From a virus (lineage: Duplodnaviria > Caudoviricetes): 64,000 bases of DNA. The position numbers and the translations under genes were made by a program. The stretch spans positions 712 through 64,711 of the IMG/VR virus record IMGVR_UViG_3300034356_001766. One strand, written 5' to 3'. The notes beneath the pieces are model-generated. The model made no database searches. It was not told the origin of the DNA and saw only the letters and a list, made by a program, of their open reading frames with translations. Shown here one piece after another: positions 48,158-58,799 of the stretch; within the stretch, counting starts at the first letter, position 1, and each line of letters begins with the position of its first letter.

Positions 48158-49113
48158 AAACAACTTTTGCAATAGGCTGCTTAGTACAGTGGTACGAGAT
48201 AGAAATACTTCCTGAGTACATCGACTCTCTATTAGGTGCTGTAAACGCTTATGATAAGGATAAGGTACTTATTGATTTAAAATTAGTTATCAATCAAGAC
48301 CTTGAGCGATTAGACAATCCAGACAAGCTTGATTACATTTTATCTCAATTTAATCAACAGTTAGAGAGATTAGAAGGCTACCACAGTGATGGCTTTATTG
48401 ACAAAAGTCTTACCACTGTTGCGGATTATAGAAGGGAGTTCAATACAAGATACTGTGAACTGGCCGATGTACTGATTTGGGGTGAGACCGATATGCTAGT
48501 ACCTAAACAGGCCTTCACCGCTCTTAATAACCTACACCAGAATGTAAACACTCCTAAGTACCTGGCAACGTTTGCTATCTGTAAGATGTGGGATGATAGC
48601 TGGAAGCCTTTAGAGCACGTAGAGTTTACAGACAAGCCCTTTATTGATATGGATACTGAGAACTGGTGGTCTCTTAGGTACACAATGACTAAAGAAGAGA
48701 TGAATACCTTCAACGATAAGGTAGAAGAGCTAGACCTATCTGTTATACACCCTCACAAATACAACGGATGTGGACTAATAATAAGCTCAGAAGTTATTAA
48801 AGCAGGAGTAAACATTCCTCAATCAGTATTCTTTATCCACGAAGATACAGCCTTTATGTTAATGACTCAGAAGATATTAGGAAATATTCCTCAATATCAT
48901 TTTAAAAATATTCTAGTAGTACATAACAGAAAGCATCCTAACAAGAGAAATTATATTGCTGGGGAGGAAGGAATAAGTAAGACCGATACAGGAGCACAGA
49001 GAAGAGCTCATTCCTGGTACCAGTCTGCAAATAAGCTTTGCGAGCAAAACTGCTATAATTTGTTTAATCCTACGTATAAGGCATATACTTGGAAAGATGT
49101 ATTTGGAAAATAA
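48154..49113 (+). CDS. GT-A-like glycosyltransferase
   Basis: WGETD and HED motifs; gene context. Confidence 0.55.
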   Translation: MKTTFAIGCLVQWYEIEILPEYIDSLLGAVNAYDKDKVLIDLKLVINQDLERLDNPDKLDYILSQFNQQLERLEGYHSDGFIDKSLTTVADYRREFNTRYCELADVLIWGETDMLVPKQAFTALNNLHQNVNTPKYLATFAICKMWDDSWKPLEHVEFTDKPFIDMDTENWWSLRYTMTKEEMNTFNDKVEELDLSVIHPHKYNGCGLIISSEVIKAGVNIPQSVFFIHEDTAFMLMTQKILGNIPQYHFKNILVVHNRKHPNKRNYIAGEEGISKTDTGAQRRAHSWYQSANKLCEQNCYNLFNPTYKAYTWKDVFGK

Positions 49114-49140
49114 AAAAGAAGTTCATATATTAAATAATTG

Positions 49141-49866
49141 ATGAAAAGGTTAATATTTACCACCGCTGTTAATACAGAAGGTAGAACAGTTAAAGACAGT
49201 GATATCTTTAATATTGCTAGAAAGACCTGGGAGCAATACTGCCAGCGCTACGGTATAGACTTTTATGTTATTGACACCCCTCAGCACCCTGATACACCTC
49301 CACACTGGTTTAGGTATTGGATCTTTGATCATAAACCTGACTATGATCAGTATTTGTATATCGATACAGATATTTTTGCTAGATGGGATGCACCTAATAT
49401 CTTTGATGAATTTAAACTTGGGAGTATATATGCTGTAAAAGATAATGGTGGGTTAAGTTGGATCTGGGAAGGTATTAACGCCTATCAGAGTATGTTTCCC
49501 GGGGTAGAGCTAGATTGGGATAAGTACTTTAACTCAGGTATGATTCTGTTTGACAGTAGTCACAAAGAGCTCTTTACTGCATTTAAACAATTCTATATAG
49601 ATAACCAAGCAGCTATCCAGCAGTATAGAGACAGGTACCGGAAAGGACATGATCAGACTATTTTTAACTACTTTCTAGCGTATGCAGGAGCAGATGTTAA
49701 ACTTATTTCAGAGAAATGGAATCTCTTTCATATGATTCGTAGAGAGATCTTATATAACGGATACTTTATAGACATGGGGTACTTCTGGCATTTTAATAAC
49801 GTAGAGAGGAATGTACAGGTAGAGCTACTTAATAATGTATGGATGCAAATTAAAAATAACTATTAA
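49141..49866 (+). CDS. GT8/GT34-like glycosyltransferase
   Basis: LYIDTD, YFNSG, DQTIFN, WN and WHF motifs. Confidence 0.8.
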   Translation: MKRLIFTTAVNTEGRTVKDSDIFNIARKTWEQYCQRYGIDFYVIDTPQHPDTPPHWFRYWIFDHKPDYDQYLYIDTDIFARWDAPNIFDEFKLGSIYAVKDNGGLSWIWEGINAYQSMFPGVELDWDKYFNSGMILFDSSHKELFTAFKQFYIDNQAAIQQYRDRYRKGHDQTIFNYFLAYAGADVKLISEKWNLFHMIRREILYNGYFIDMGYFWHFNNVERNVQVELLNNVWMQIKNNY

Positions 49867-49876
49867 ATTACGGACT

Positions 49877-50740
49877 ATGACACGTTATGATTTTAAAGAT
49901 AAACTTTACCTTGTAACAGGAGGTAGTGGCTTTCTAGGAGTTCCCCTAGTGGCAAGACTCTTAAGAGATGGAGCTAGAGTTAGAGTACTTTCTAGGGACG
50001 AAGGCAAGCTCATACTTCTTAAACAGTCCTACCCAGAAGTAGAAATACTAACAGGAGATGTTGCGGACTGGTTTGAAGTAAAACAGGCTATGGAAGGAGT
50101 AGACGGGGTCTTCCATTTAGCAGCATCTAAGCACGTAGGTATTGCAGAGTATCAAGTTCGGGAATGTATTAAGTCGAATACTATTGGCTCTATGAATATC
50201 TTAGAACATTCTTTAGATAAAGAATTAGACTTTGTGATAGGTATTAGCACTGATAAAGCAGCACAGGTCGCCGGCGTTTACGGTGCATCAAAGCTACTAA
50301 TGGAAAGACTATTTACTCAGTTTGAAAAACTTAATACTAAATGTGACTACCGTATCGTTAGGTACGGAAACGTTCTATACTCTACTGGATCTGTGCTCTG
50401 CAAGTGGAAAGATCTCTTACAAGAAGGTAAAGAAGTTATTGTTACAGCCCCTGAAGCTACTCGTTTCTTCTGGACAGTTGATCAAGCTTTAGATCTAATT
50501 TATGATTGCTTAGAGAATGCAGAAGATAGTAAGCCTTATGTACCTGGTATGAAGGCTATGAGTATTGAAAGCCTTTTGGAAGCTATGGCACAGAAATACT
50601 TACCTGAAGGTAAGGAGAAGTCTATTAAGGTAATTGGACTACAGCCAGGAGAGAATTTGCATGAGAAGATCCTTGAACAGGGACCTGCTTCTAATGAAGT
50701 TGAACAGTATACTATTGAAGAGATTAAAGAGCTCATCTAG
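49877..50740 (+). CDS. UDP-GlcNAc 4,6-dehydratase-like protein (PseB/CapD family)
   Basis: TGGSGFLG, HLAASKHV, STDKA, YGASK, RYGNV, TRFF and GENLHE motifs. Confidence 0.88.
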   Translation: MTRYDFKDKLYLVTGGSGFLGVPLVARLLRDGARVRVLSRDEGKLILLKQSYPEVEILTGDVADWFEVKQAMEGVDGVFHLAASKHVGIAEYQVRECIKSNTIGSMNILEHSLDKELDFVIGISTDKAAQVAGVYGASKLLMERLFTQFEKLNTKCDYRIVRYGNVLYSTGSVLCKWKDLLQEGKEVIVTAPEATRFFWTVDQALDLIYDCLENAEDSKPYVPGMKAMSIESLLEAMAQKYLPEGKEKSIKVIGLQPGENLHEKILEQGPASNEVEQYTIEEIKELI

Positions 50741-51582
50741 TGAATATACTTATACTAGGAGGTAATAGATTCGTAGGTAGACATCTAGCTTCGGAGCTAG
50801 GTAATAACCATTTGGTAACTGTGTTTAATAGATCAGGTACCGGACCTAGTAATGTTAGTATTATTCAAGGAGATAGAAATAGTAGTAAAGATCTAGATAA
50901 GATAGATTTTAGTACGTACAATGTAGTAGTAGACTTTTGCCTATTTAAGCCTGAGCAATTTAATTTAATTAAAGACCGGTTAGTATGTAGGTATATTTTT
51001 ATAAGTAGTGCTGCTGCCTATGCCGATTCACACCGATTTATGTTTAATGCTAATGCACCTATAGGAGGCTTGTCGGCTTTTGAACCTTACGGCAGAGAGA
51101 AAGCCGAGTGCGAAACCCTCATCCAGCAGAGCAATTTAGACTACGTTATTGTTAGGCCTCCTTATGTAGATGGAGCAAATAGTCATCGTCCTCGTTTAGC
51201 TTACTTTATTAATAAGTTAAAGAATAGAGAAGCTATCGAAATCGACAAAGACGGTTTGGGTGTTATGTCCTTTGTATGGGTTGAAGATTTAGTTGAAGCT
51301 CTCTGCATACTTACTATCGGGACATACCCTTCTAGAACAGCAGTTAATGCTGTGGGTTATGAACACTACACTGTGCTAGAGCTTATCGAAGAGCTAGCTA
51401 AATTACTGGGCGTTACTGCTATCTACGAGTATAGTAGCAATCAAGCTATCTACCAGAATACAGATTTAGTCTTAACACCTGGAAGCCTGTTAGAGTTCTT
51501 TAAAGAACCTTTTATAGACAGGTTACCAGAATACCTAAAGTGGTATAATATAAATGCAAAAGATAAATACGGATATGAATAA
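50740..51582 (+). CDS. NAD-dependent epimerase/dehydratase
   Basis: GGNRFVG, YIFISS and YGREK motifs. Confidence 0.85.
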   Translation: MNILILGGNRFVGRHLASELGNNHLVTVFNRSGTGPSNVSIIQGDRNSSKDLDKIDFSTYNVVVDFCLFKPEQFNLIKDRLVCRYIFISSAAAYADSHRFMFNANAPIGGLSAFEPYGREKAECETLIQQSNLDYVIVRPPYVDGANSHRPRLAYFINKLKNREAIEIDKDGLGVMSFVWVEDLVEALCILTIGTYPSRTAVNAVGYEHYTVLELIEELAKLLGVTAIYEYSSNQAIYQNTDLVLTPGSLLEFFKEPFIDRLPEYLKWYNINAKDKYGYE

Positions 51583-52720
51583 TTTATATAGAGCAAAGCC
51601 TTTCTTTCCTGAACAGGACCATGGCTACATTATGGATGCCTGGAAGCAGATTTTAGAATCAGGAATGTTCATACAGGGCAAATATGTATCGGAATTTGAA
51701 AAACTTTTTGCTGAGTATTGTGGTACAGAGTTTGCTATTGCAACAAACTCAGGTGCTACAGCGCTAGAGGTTGCACTACGTGCTACAGGTATAGAGGGTA
51801 AAAAGTTCTTAGTCCCTACTCAGACCTTTGTAGCTAGTGTCAGCGCTATTGTTAGATCAAACAACATACCAATCATCACAGATATCAATCCAGATACTCA
51901 GTGCCTGGATCTAGACATTATTAAAGCTAATGTTGATAAAGATACAGCCGGTATCATGTGGGTACATATGGCTGGAACAATAGCTCCAGACTATCACGAG
52001 ATTAAAGAATATTGTGATCAAAACAATTTGATACTGCTTGAAGATGCTTCACACGCAGTTGGTGCCTCTATCGACGGAATCAAAGCAGGTAACTTAGGAC
52101 TAGCAGGCTGCTTCTCTCTATTTGCCACAAAGATTATAACATCAGGAGAAGGAGGAATGATTACAACCAACGATGTAGAGTTTGCTGAAAGATGTAGAAT
52201 ACTTCGCAATCACGGTTCGGTTAGAAACGACTCCCCAGTAGTAGGATTAGATTATGGAGTAACTTGCAGTGTGGCTTCTTCTAATTATAGAATGCCAGAA
52301 ATGGCAGCTGTAGTAGGTATAACTCAAATAAAAAGAGTAGATGAGTTTGTTATTAAACGTAACGAGATAGCTCAACGTTATGCAGAGAAGCTAGACAGTA
52401 CTAAGGTTAACATCTTTAAGGTACCTTTAAATCAGACTATGACCTGGTGGCAGTATATAGTAGTGTTAAAAGCAGGTACAGCTCTTTTAGATAGAACAGA
52501 AGTATGTACAAGACTGCTTCAAGAGTATAATGTTCCTACAGCTAATGCGTACTGGCCTGCTTGTCACGAACAACCTGCATTTAAGGAATATGTAGAGGGA
52601 TATAGTTACCCTGTTGCAGATGATTTACTTCATCGTCATATTGCTTTACCAATGTACTACGAAATGTCTTTAGAGCAAGTTGATTATGTTGCCAATGCTG
52701 TAAACAGTATTATTAAATGA
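51575..52720 (+). CDS. DegT/DnrJ/EryC1/StrS sugar aminotransferase
   Basis: NSGATAL, EDASHAVG, SLFATKIITSGEGG and NYRM motifs. Confidence 0.93.
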   Translation: MNNLYRAKPFFPEQDHGYIMDAWKQILESGMFIQGKYVSEFEKLFAEYCGTEFAIATNSGATALEVALRATGIEGKKFLVPTQTFVASVSAIVRSNNIPIITDINPDTQCLDLDIIKANVDKDTAGIMWVHMAGTIAPDYHEIKEYCDQNNLILLEDASHAVGASIDGIKAGNLGLAGCFSLFATKIITSGEGGMITTNDVEFAERCRILRNHGSVRNDSPVVGLDYGVTCSVASSNYRMPEMAAVVGITQIKRVDEFVIKRNEIAQRYAEKLDSTKVNIFKVPLNQTMTWWQYIVVLKAGTALLDRTEVCTRLLQEYNVPTANAYWPACHEQPAFKEYVEGYSYPVADDLLHRHIALPMYYEMSLEQVDYVANAVNSIIK

Positions 52721-53397
52721 TTGTAAGTATACACCAGCCTAATTACTTACCCTGGTTAGGGTACTTTGACAAAATAAAAAAAAGCGACTGCTTTGTTATT
52801 TTTGATGACGTACAGTTTCCTAGAGGTAAAAATCATTTTGGACATAGAAATTATATTAAGACTAACACAGATAAAAAATGGTTAACAGTCTCAGTTAGAG
52901 ACAAAAGTAGTTTAAAGCCGTTTAATGTAATAGAAATATCTGATAACTGGCAGGATGAACACGTAAGGTTAATAGAAGCTTTCTACAGTAAAGCACCGTA
53001 CTTTACTCAATATTTTCCAAAACTAAAAGAGCTTATCTGCAGAGAGTACTGCTGCCTATCTGATCTTAATGTAGAGCTGCTTAAATACTTTCTGGAAGTG
53101 TTAAACATAAAAACTAAACTGATTAAAAGTTCAGAGATATGTCCTCCGGATATAGCAGGTTTTGATCGTATATTGTACATATTAGAAAAACTTAACACAA
53201 CGAAATACATTTCCGGAACCGGACCAGGATCAATGAGGTATATTGACGAAGAAGTATTTAACGCAAAAGGGATAGAACTAATATGGCAACACTACGACCA
53301 TCCTACCTACTCTCAGCAGTATGGAGAGTTTATACCCTATATGTCTATCGTAGATTTACTTTTTAACGAAGGACCTAACAGTACAGATATTATATGA
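52717..53397 (+). CDS. WbqC-like protein (putative glycyltransferase)
   Basis: HQPNYLPWLGYF, DDVQF, RNYI and SIVDLLFN motifs. Confidence 0.92.
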   Translation: MIVSIHQPNYLPWLGYFDKIKKSDCFVIFDDVQFPRGKNHFGHRNYIKTNTDKKWLTVSVRDKSSLKPFNVIEISDNWQDEHVRLIEAFYSKAPYFTQYFPKLKELICREYCCLSDLNVELLKYFLEVLNIKTKLIKSSEICPPDIAGFDRILYILEKLNTTKYISGTGPGSMRYIDEEVFNAKGIELIWQHYDHPTYSQQYGEFIPYMSIVDLLFNEGPNSTDII

Positions 53398-54050
53398 AGA
53401 GAATCCTAGCAATCGGAGCCCATCCAGATGATATTGAATTCGGATGTGGGGGTACTTTATTTAAACATAAACAGCGAGGAGACTTCGTAGTATACTTATG
53501 TATGACTAGTACAGAGTCTGTAGACGGAGTTACAGGTCAACTACTACGCTCTAAGGAGCAAAACTACCAAGAGGTTGAATGTGCTGCTAAAGTATTAGAC
53601 TGTGATACAATAGAGTTCCTACCTTTTACAGACCTAAAAGTACCTTTCTCTTTTGAATCAGTAAGCGGTGTGGAAGCAATTATACGCAAGTATAATATAG
53701 ATATAATTTACACCCACTGGACAGGAGATGCTAATCAGGACCATATTAACACGTTTAAAACAACGATGGCAGCTTCCAGATATGTTAAAAATGTTTACTG
53801 CTACGAACAGATACCAGTTCCTCGTATGTCTGAGAATCCTATGAATATAAATTACTATGTAGACATTACTGATAGCTTTGATAAAAAAATAGAAGCTGCT
53901 AACTGTCATAAGAGTCAGATGTTAAAGTATAAAGCTCACGGGTTTGACGTAGAGAATAACTTAAGAGTATTAGCAGAATTTAGAGGTATTCAAGCTCAAT
54001 GTAAGTACGCAGAAGCATTTCAGGTAATTAAAAAAGTACAGACATGGTAG
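53394..54050 (+). CDS. PIG-L/LmbE family deacetylase
   Basis: AHPDDIEFGCGG, QDH, HKSQ and AEAF motifs. Confidence 0.92.
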   Translation: MKRILAIGAHPDDIEFGCGGTLFKHKQRGDFVVYLCMTSTESVDGVTGQLLRSKEQNYQEVECAAKVLDCDTIEFLPFTDLKVPFSFESVSGVEAIIRKYNIDIIYTHWTGDANQDHINTFKTTMAASRYVKNVYCYEQIPVPRMSENPMNINYYVDITDSFDKKIEAANCHKSQMLKYKAHGFDVENNLRVLAEFRGIQAQCKYAEAFQVIKKVQTW

Positions 54051-54979
54051 TAAAGACGAACCCAGAGTTTGGAATAGAGCTAGCCTTAGTAGTTCCATAT
54101 GCCTACTGGTTACATCAAAATAGAGAACTAGAAGGTGTAGTTACAAGTAGAGGAATGTCTCCATATTACTACTTTTGTGATAATGTACGAGAAGAATTTC
54201 AAGAAAGAACAATCGATAATAAAGCTGCAGGATTAGATGATCTACCTAATAACTGGATACATGGTACTAATCCTTTAGAAAAACCAGGAGTACTAGACTA
54301 TTCTAAATGGACCGCTCCCTCTTATAGGGAGTATTATACTAACTCTGAATTTGTTTTCGACAAACCTACAGTCTTTATTACTAACAAGTATAATATGGAG
54401 CATGGAGAGGTACCCTACGGCTATTTCTCTATCGAGGCTTTATATCGGATATTTACTGTATTAAAAGAGAAAGGTTACAATATAGTATATAAGCGTGCTA
54501 CAAACACTGAAAAGGAATTTGCTGTTGATCAAAACGAAACTAATTCACTACACCTAGGTTATAAAGACATCCTAGCTGATGTAGAGGGGATTGGAACTGT
54601 AAATGACTTTCAATTCTGTAAATATTTTGATAATGTAATACTACTACAGGATATTGTGGACAACTCTAAGTACGATTACAATACAACACAGCTTATGGTT
54701 ATGGCCAATAGTGAAAAATTTATTACAGTATGTGGCGGTAATTCCATACTATCTGCTATGTTTGACAGAGATGTCATTAGCTATGTACACAAAGGTAAAG
54801 AACTGAGACCTAACTATTTTGGACCGGATAGTTACTTCCAAAAGCTATCTAAAGGTACAGTTTACCCTGCCTACGATGTTATGGGACACATAAATAAAGA
54901 AACTTACGGATATAAAGTAAATAACACAGGTACTAACGACTATAGTGGAGTATTTGAACTTATAGAAAAATTATTCTAA
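54044..54979 (+). CDS. Hypothetical protein, glycosyltransferase-like
   Basis: EFG.EL..VPYAY and CGGNSIL segments; glycan-cluster context. Confidence 0.5.
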   Translation: MVVKTNPEFGIELALVVPYAYWLHQNRELEGVVTSRGMSPYYYFCDNVREEFQERTIDNKAAGLDDLPNNWIHGTNPLEKPGVLDYSKWTAPSYREYYTNSEFVFDKPTVFITNKYNMEHGEVPYGYFSIEALYRIFTVLKEKGYNIVYKRATNTEKEFAVDQNETNSLHLGYKDILADVEGIGTVNDFQFCKYFDNVILLQDIVDNSKYDYNTTQLMVMANSEKFITVCGGNSILSAMFDRDVISYVHKGKELRPNYFGPDSYFQKLSKGTVYPAYDVMGHINKETYGYKVNNTGTNDYSGVFELIEKLF

Positions 54980-55647
54980 TGAAAGTAACGATTGCCATAG
55001 ATGACGTACACCCAGAACAAGGTTGGGGTGTAGAAGGAGATCAGTGCATGGAGTACTTAGATGAGCTTAATAAAGAGTTTGGTGCTAAGTTCACTTTATT
55101 TATACCCTCTAACTACCACAATAAAGCCCCACTATCCCAGAATAGAGAATGGGTTGAATGGTTGAAAAGTAAAGGTTACTTTGAGCTAGCAGCTCACGGA
55201 CATTACCATGCCTGTGAGAGGACAGATATAGGTGAGTGTGAGTTTTTTGAATTGGATACTCCCGCTAAAGCTTCTGATAGGTTGGATAACTTACTTGCAG
55301 AATGGAAAGCAGTAGGACATCTTCCTAAAGGATGGCGCAACCCGGGCTGGTTAGCACACCCGGCTGCTATTGAAGAGTTGGGTAAAAGATTTAAGTATGC
55401 TGCTATACATTACGAACATAACCACAACATACCCTGGTCATGTAAAACATTTTACGGACATGACGGTATACATACAACCGATGTAGGTCTTCATAATGGA
55501 GATATGATTATGTTCCAATCTCATATTGCTGGAGACTGGAATGATAATACTTGGAATGAGACAAACTACAAGCAAATGAGACTATCTTTGCAATTTTTGA
55601 CTGATACAACTAAAGTTACTTTTAAGACACTTGAAGAATGCTTATAA
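54979..55647 (+). CDS. Polysaccharide deacetylase-like protein (DUF2334/NodB fold)
   Basis: IDDVHP, ELAAHGHYH and RNPGW motifs. Confidence 0.8.
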   Translation: MKVTIAIDDVHPEQGWGVEGDQCMEYLDELNKEFGAKFTLFIPSNYHNKAPLSQNREWVEWLKSKGYFELAAHGHYHACERTDIGECEFFELDTPAKASDRLDNLLAEWKAVGHLPKGWRNPGWLAHPAAIEELGKRFKYAAIHYEHNHNIPWSCKTFYGHDGIHTTDVGLHNGDMIMFQSHIAGDWNDNTWNETNYKQMRLSLQFLTDTTKVTFKTLEECL

Positions 55648-56243
55648 ATGAATTAATACAGCGGGATAATATCCCAGACAAACCAGCATTCCACGCTACA
55701 ACTACGCATAAGTTTAAGCAAGATCTTTGGGACTTCTTTAACAAAGATGCTTATAAACAACTCACCTTCGTTGAGTTTGGAACATCTTCTGGATATACGT
55801 CCATGATAGCTAGCTACTTATTTAAAGAAGTGCATACTATAAATCTACAGCAAAGCGAAAACGTACAGAACTACCTGTCTTTTCGGCAAAATATATTTAC
55901 TCATGCCTTTGATCTATACAGCGGAAACCTTGCCCAGTGGAATAATATCCCAACCGGGGATATCTTTTTTATAGATGCTAGACATGACTATCCAGCAGTA
56001 TTGCAAGATATTAATAGCGTACTCACCTGTGTACAATCACAACAGAGCAAAAAAATTATAGTGTTTGACGACTATGGAATATTCCCAGGAGTAAAGAGAG
56101 CAGTTGATGAGTATATTGATAAAGGAATACTTGAAGTTGTTACAGGCATAGGGCAAAAAGAAGGTTACGTATATGGGGAACCTACCGAAGAAATTACAAG
56201 AACTTTGTTTGCAGTAGAAGGATTGATATGCAGAGAAGTATAG
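55638..56243 (+). CDS. Methyltransferase (Methyltransf_24-like)
   Basis: VEFGTSSG, FIDARHDY and VFDDY motifs. Confidence 0.82.
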   Translation: MLINELIQRDNIPDKPAFHATTTHKFKQDLWDFFNKDAYKQLTFVEFGTSSGYTSMIASYLFKEVHTINLQQSENVQNYLSFRQNIFTHAFDLYSGNLAQWNNIPTGDIFFIDARHDYPAVLQDINSVLTCVQSQQSKKIIVFDDYGIFPGVKRAVDEYIDKGILEVVTGIGQKEGYVYGEPTEEITRTLFAVEGLICREV

Positions 56244-57139
56244 CATTTTTTACAGAAATGGGGTTTACCGGAAAGGTACCTCGTACGCATACAAATATGC
56301 GTACAGAGTTCGCTTGGATGGTAGCTATGAATGCAGACCATTACCACTTAACACAGGTACCTGACCGACAGTATGACTTAGGAATTATAATTAATTCCAA
56401 AACCCACCCAGACTGGGTAGATACTTCTAAGTTAAAAGGAGTATGTAAACAGGTAGGTATCATGCAAGAAGGTCCTTTCTGGTACTTTCAAGATTACTCC
56501 CTTCCAGAGCAGGTACATTATTTTAATAACCTAATGTCTGCGGATATTATCTTTGTGCACAACGAACAAGATAGAAAATACTACAAAGGATTAACTGACC
56601 ATCCAGATGTAAGAGTATTACGTTCTCTTATGGTAGAAGATCCTATTACAGAAGTAGTGCCTTTAGAAAAAAGAACCGGAGTAATGATCGGAGGCAATTT
56701 CAAGAGCTGGTACGGAGGGTTTGATTCATTTATGTTAGCTAAGAGCATTACAGATGAAATTTACTCTCCTCAAATGGGCAGACGTCAAGAAGGAGAAGAA
56801 CAATTAGGAATCATACAACTACCATATCTAGAATGGAATCAGTGGATAACTGAATTAAGTAAAAGGAGAATTGGTATACATATGATGAGAACTCATGCAG
56901 CAGGTACTTTTGCTATGAATTGTGCATACCTAGGTATTCCTTGTGTAGGATATGAAGGGTTGGATACCCAACGTATACTTCATCCACACCTAGCTGTTAA
57001 GGATGGAGACTTAGAAACAGCAAGAAAGTTAGTACAGAAGTTGCATACTGACGAAGATTTTTATATATTATGCAGTAAACAAGCTAAAGAATTATACCAA
57101 GAACATTACCATGAAAATAAGTTTTATACAGCCATCTAG
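56228..57139 (+). CDS. GT-B-like glycosyltransferase
   Basis: AGTFAMNCAYLGIPCVG C-terminal GT-B-like motif. Confidence 0.6.
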   Translation: MQRSIAFFTEMGFTGKVPRTHTNMRTEFAWMVAMNADHYHLTQVPDRQYDLGIIINSKTHPDWVDTSKLKGVCKQVGIMQEGPFWYFQDYSLPEQVHYFNNLMSADIIFVHNEQDRKYYKGLTDHPDVRVLRSLMVEDPITEVVPLEKRTGVMIGGNFKSWYGGFDSFMLAKSITDEIYSPQMGRRQEGEEQLGIIQLPYLEWNQWITELSKRRIGIHMMRTHAAGTFAMNCAYLGIPCVGYEGLDTQRILHPHLAVKDGDLETARKLVQKLHTDEDFYILCSKQAKELYQEHYHENKFYTAI

Positions 57140-58298
57140 GAATAACCTTAAGTACCTTAAGTGGTCCTACGAAGCTATTAGAAAGAATCAAGGCGATCAT
57201 GAGGTAGAGATCTGTGTAGCAGATGACGCATCTACAGACGGCACCTGGGCCTGGTGTGTGGAAACTGAAAAGAAAGATTCTAACTTTAAATGGATTCGTA
57301 ACGAGGGACCTGAAAGGTTAGGTCACACAATTTTATACGACCGCTTAATCAACGATGTAGCAACAAAGGATATTGCTATGATCTACCATGCCGATATGTA
57401 CTTATGCCCAGGAGCACTGGATGCTATTGAACAGGAGATTAAACCCCGTACAATTGTCTCTCTTACTAGGATTGAACCTCCACTACACCCAGACGGTCCA
57501 GAGAAGATTTTAAGAGACTTTGGAGTAGAACCAGAAGAGTTTAAGGAAGAAGCTCTACTTGCTTTTATTAATTCCCGAGTACCCAATAACGATGTTACCG
57601 AAGGTGTGTTTGCACCCTGGGCTTTCTACCGAGAGGACTTCCAGAAGATCGGCGGCCATGACCCTCTCTACGCGCCTCAGTCAAAAGAAGATTCTGATAT
57701 CTTTAACCGATTCCTACTTGACGGAATAACATTTGTACAGACTTGGCACGGATGTGTTTACCACATGACCTGCAGAGGAAGTAGACGTAATACTGTTGAT
57801 AAAGCTAAGAACATCTACGAGGATAGTCCGGAGTGGCTAGCACAGAATCAAAGAAGTTCTCGAAACTTTATACGCAAATGGGGCCACTTTGTTAAACACG
57901 ATGCTTTAATGAAACCTATCGTATACCCTAAATATGATATTGGGATTAAAGTTACAGGATGTAACAGCGAGTTATTGGAGTTATTAGAGCCATGGTGCTC
58001 AACTATTCTAATCGATGATGAGATGCAAGTGCTAACCTCGCACTATTTGGATAAAGAACAGCCCAATACCAAAATAAATCTTAGTAACAAGATTAAGACT
58101 ACTTCTTTGGATAAACTAGAGAATGAAGTGATAATTGGGATAGACAGAGATACTTTTAAAGAAGGAGATTTTCAAATACTACAACAGCTACCCTTAATAC
58201 TTCAGATGAATGGAAGTCCAGGTAAGTTTATGCTAGGTACTATGACTTTAAAGATCAAAGCACTCACAGAATATCAAGACACTTTAATCAATCTATAA
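57111..58298 (+). CDS. GT2 glycosyltransferase
   Basis: DDASTDGT, HADM, GGHD and EDSD motifs. Confidence 0.88.
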   Translation: MKISFIQPSRNNLKYLKWSYEAIRKNQGDHEVEICVADDASTDGTWAWCVETEKKDSNFKWIRNEGPERLGHTILYDRLINDVATKDIAMIYHADMYLCPGALDAIEQEIKPRTIVSLTRIEPPLHPDGPEKILRDFGVEPEEFKEEALLAFINSRVPNNDVTEGVFAPWAFYREDFQKIGGHDPLYAPQSKEDSDIFNRFLLDGITFVQTWHGCVYHMTCRGSRRNTVDKAKNIYEDSPEWLAQNQRSSRNFIRKWGHFVKHDALMKPIVYPKYDIGIKVTGCNSELLELLEPWCSTILIDDEMQVLTSHYLDKEQPNTKINLSNKIKTTSLDKLENEVIIGIDRDTFKEGDFQILQQLPLILQMNGSPGKFMLGTMTLKIKALTEYQDTLINL

Positions 58299-58457
58299 AC
58301 TGATGGGTAAGATTCATTTACAGGACTTAGATCGGCTGGAGGAAGAATCTCGTCCTTACCAGCCTATCAAGACCAATAGGAAGAAAAAAGTAAGTCCTAT
58401 TTATAAAAAGGATAGCGACCAGTTGGATCGAAACTAAATTATTCTTATATTTAAGCT

Positions 58458-58799
58458 ATGAAAGAACTACTTTTAAAAGAAATCCAAAACGTAATTGCTG
58501 AAGCTACTAAGGTAAACTTCAAGGGTAAGCAGTTTGTACTTAAAGTAGACGTTAACGAAGATCCTAACAAAAAAGGAATTAAGGTGCAGTTTATCCCTGC
58601 CGATATGTCTCCTATCAACCCTACCGAGCAGAATGAGATTGCTATGGCACTGAGCGATAAACTCGACTCAGGCCTGAAGCAATTCGGTATGCAGGTAGAG
58701 CGGGACAGGCAGCTCAAGGACAAGTCAGTGATTGGCTTCTTTATTTACATCGAGTATGTAGACAAAATTATTCGGCAAGCATTAGGAACTCAAGCTTAA
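58458..58799 (+). CDS. Hypothetical protein, possible virion protein (LKEIQNVIAE leader)
   Basis: ORF after TATTTATA (58398) and TATATTTA (58446). Confidence 0.65.
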   Translation: MKELLLKEIQNVIAEATKVNFKGKQFVLKVDVNEDPNKKGIKVQFIPADMSPINPTEQNEIAMALSDKLDSGLKQFGMQVERDRQLKDKSVIGFFIYIEYVDKIIRQALGTQA

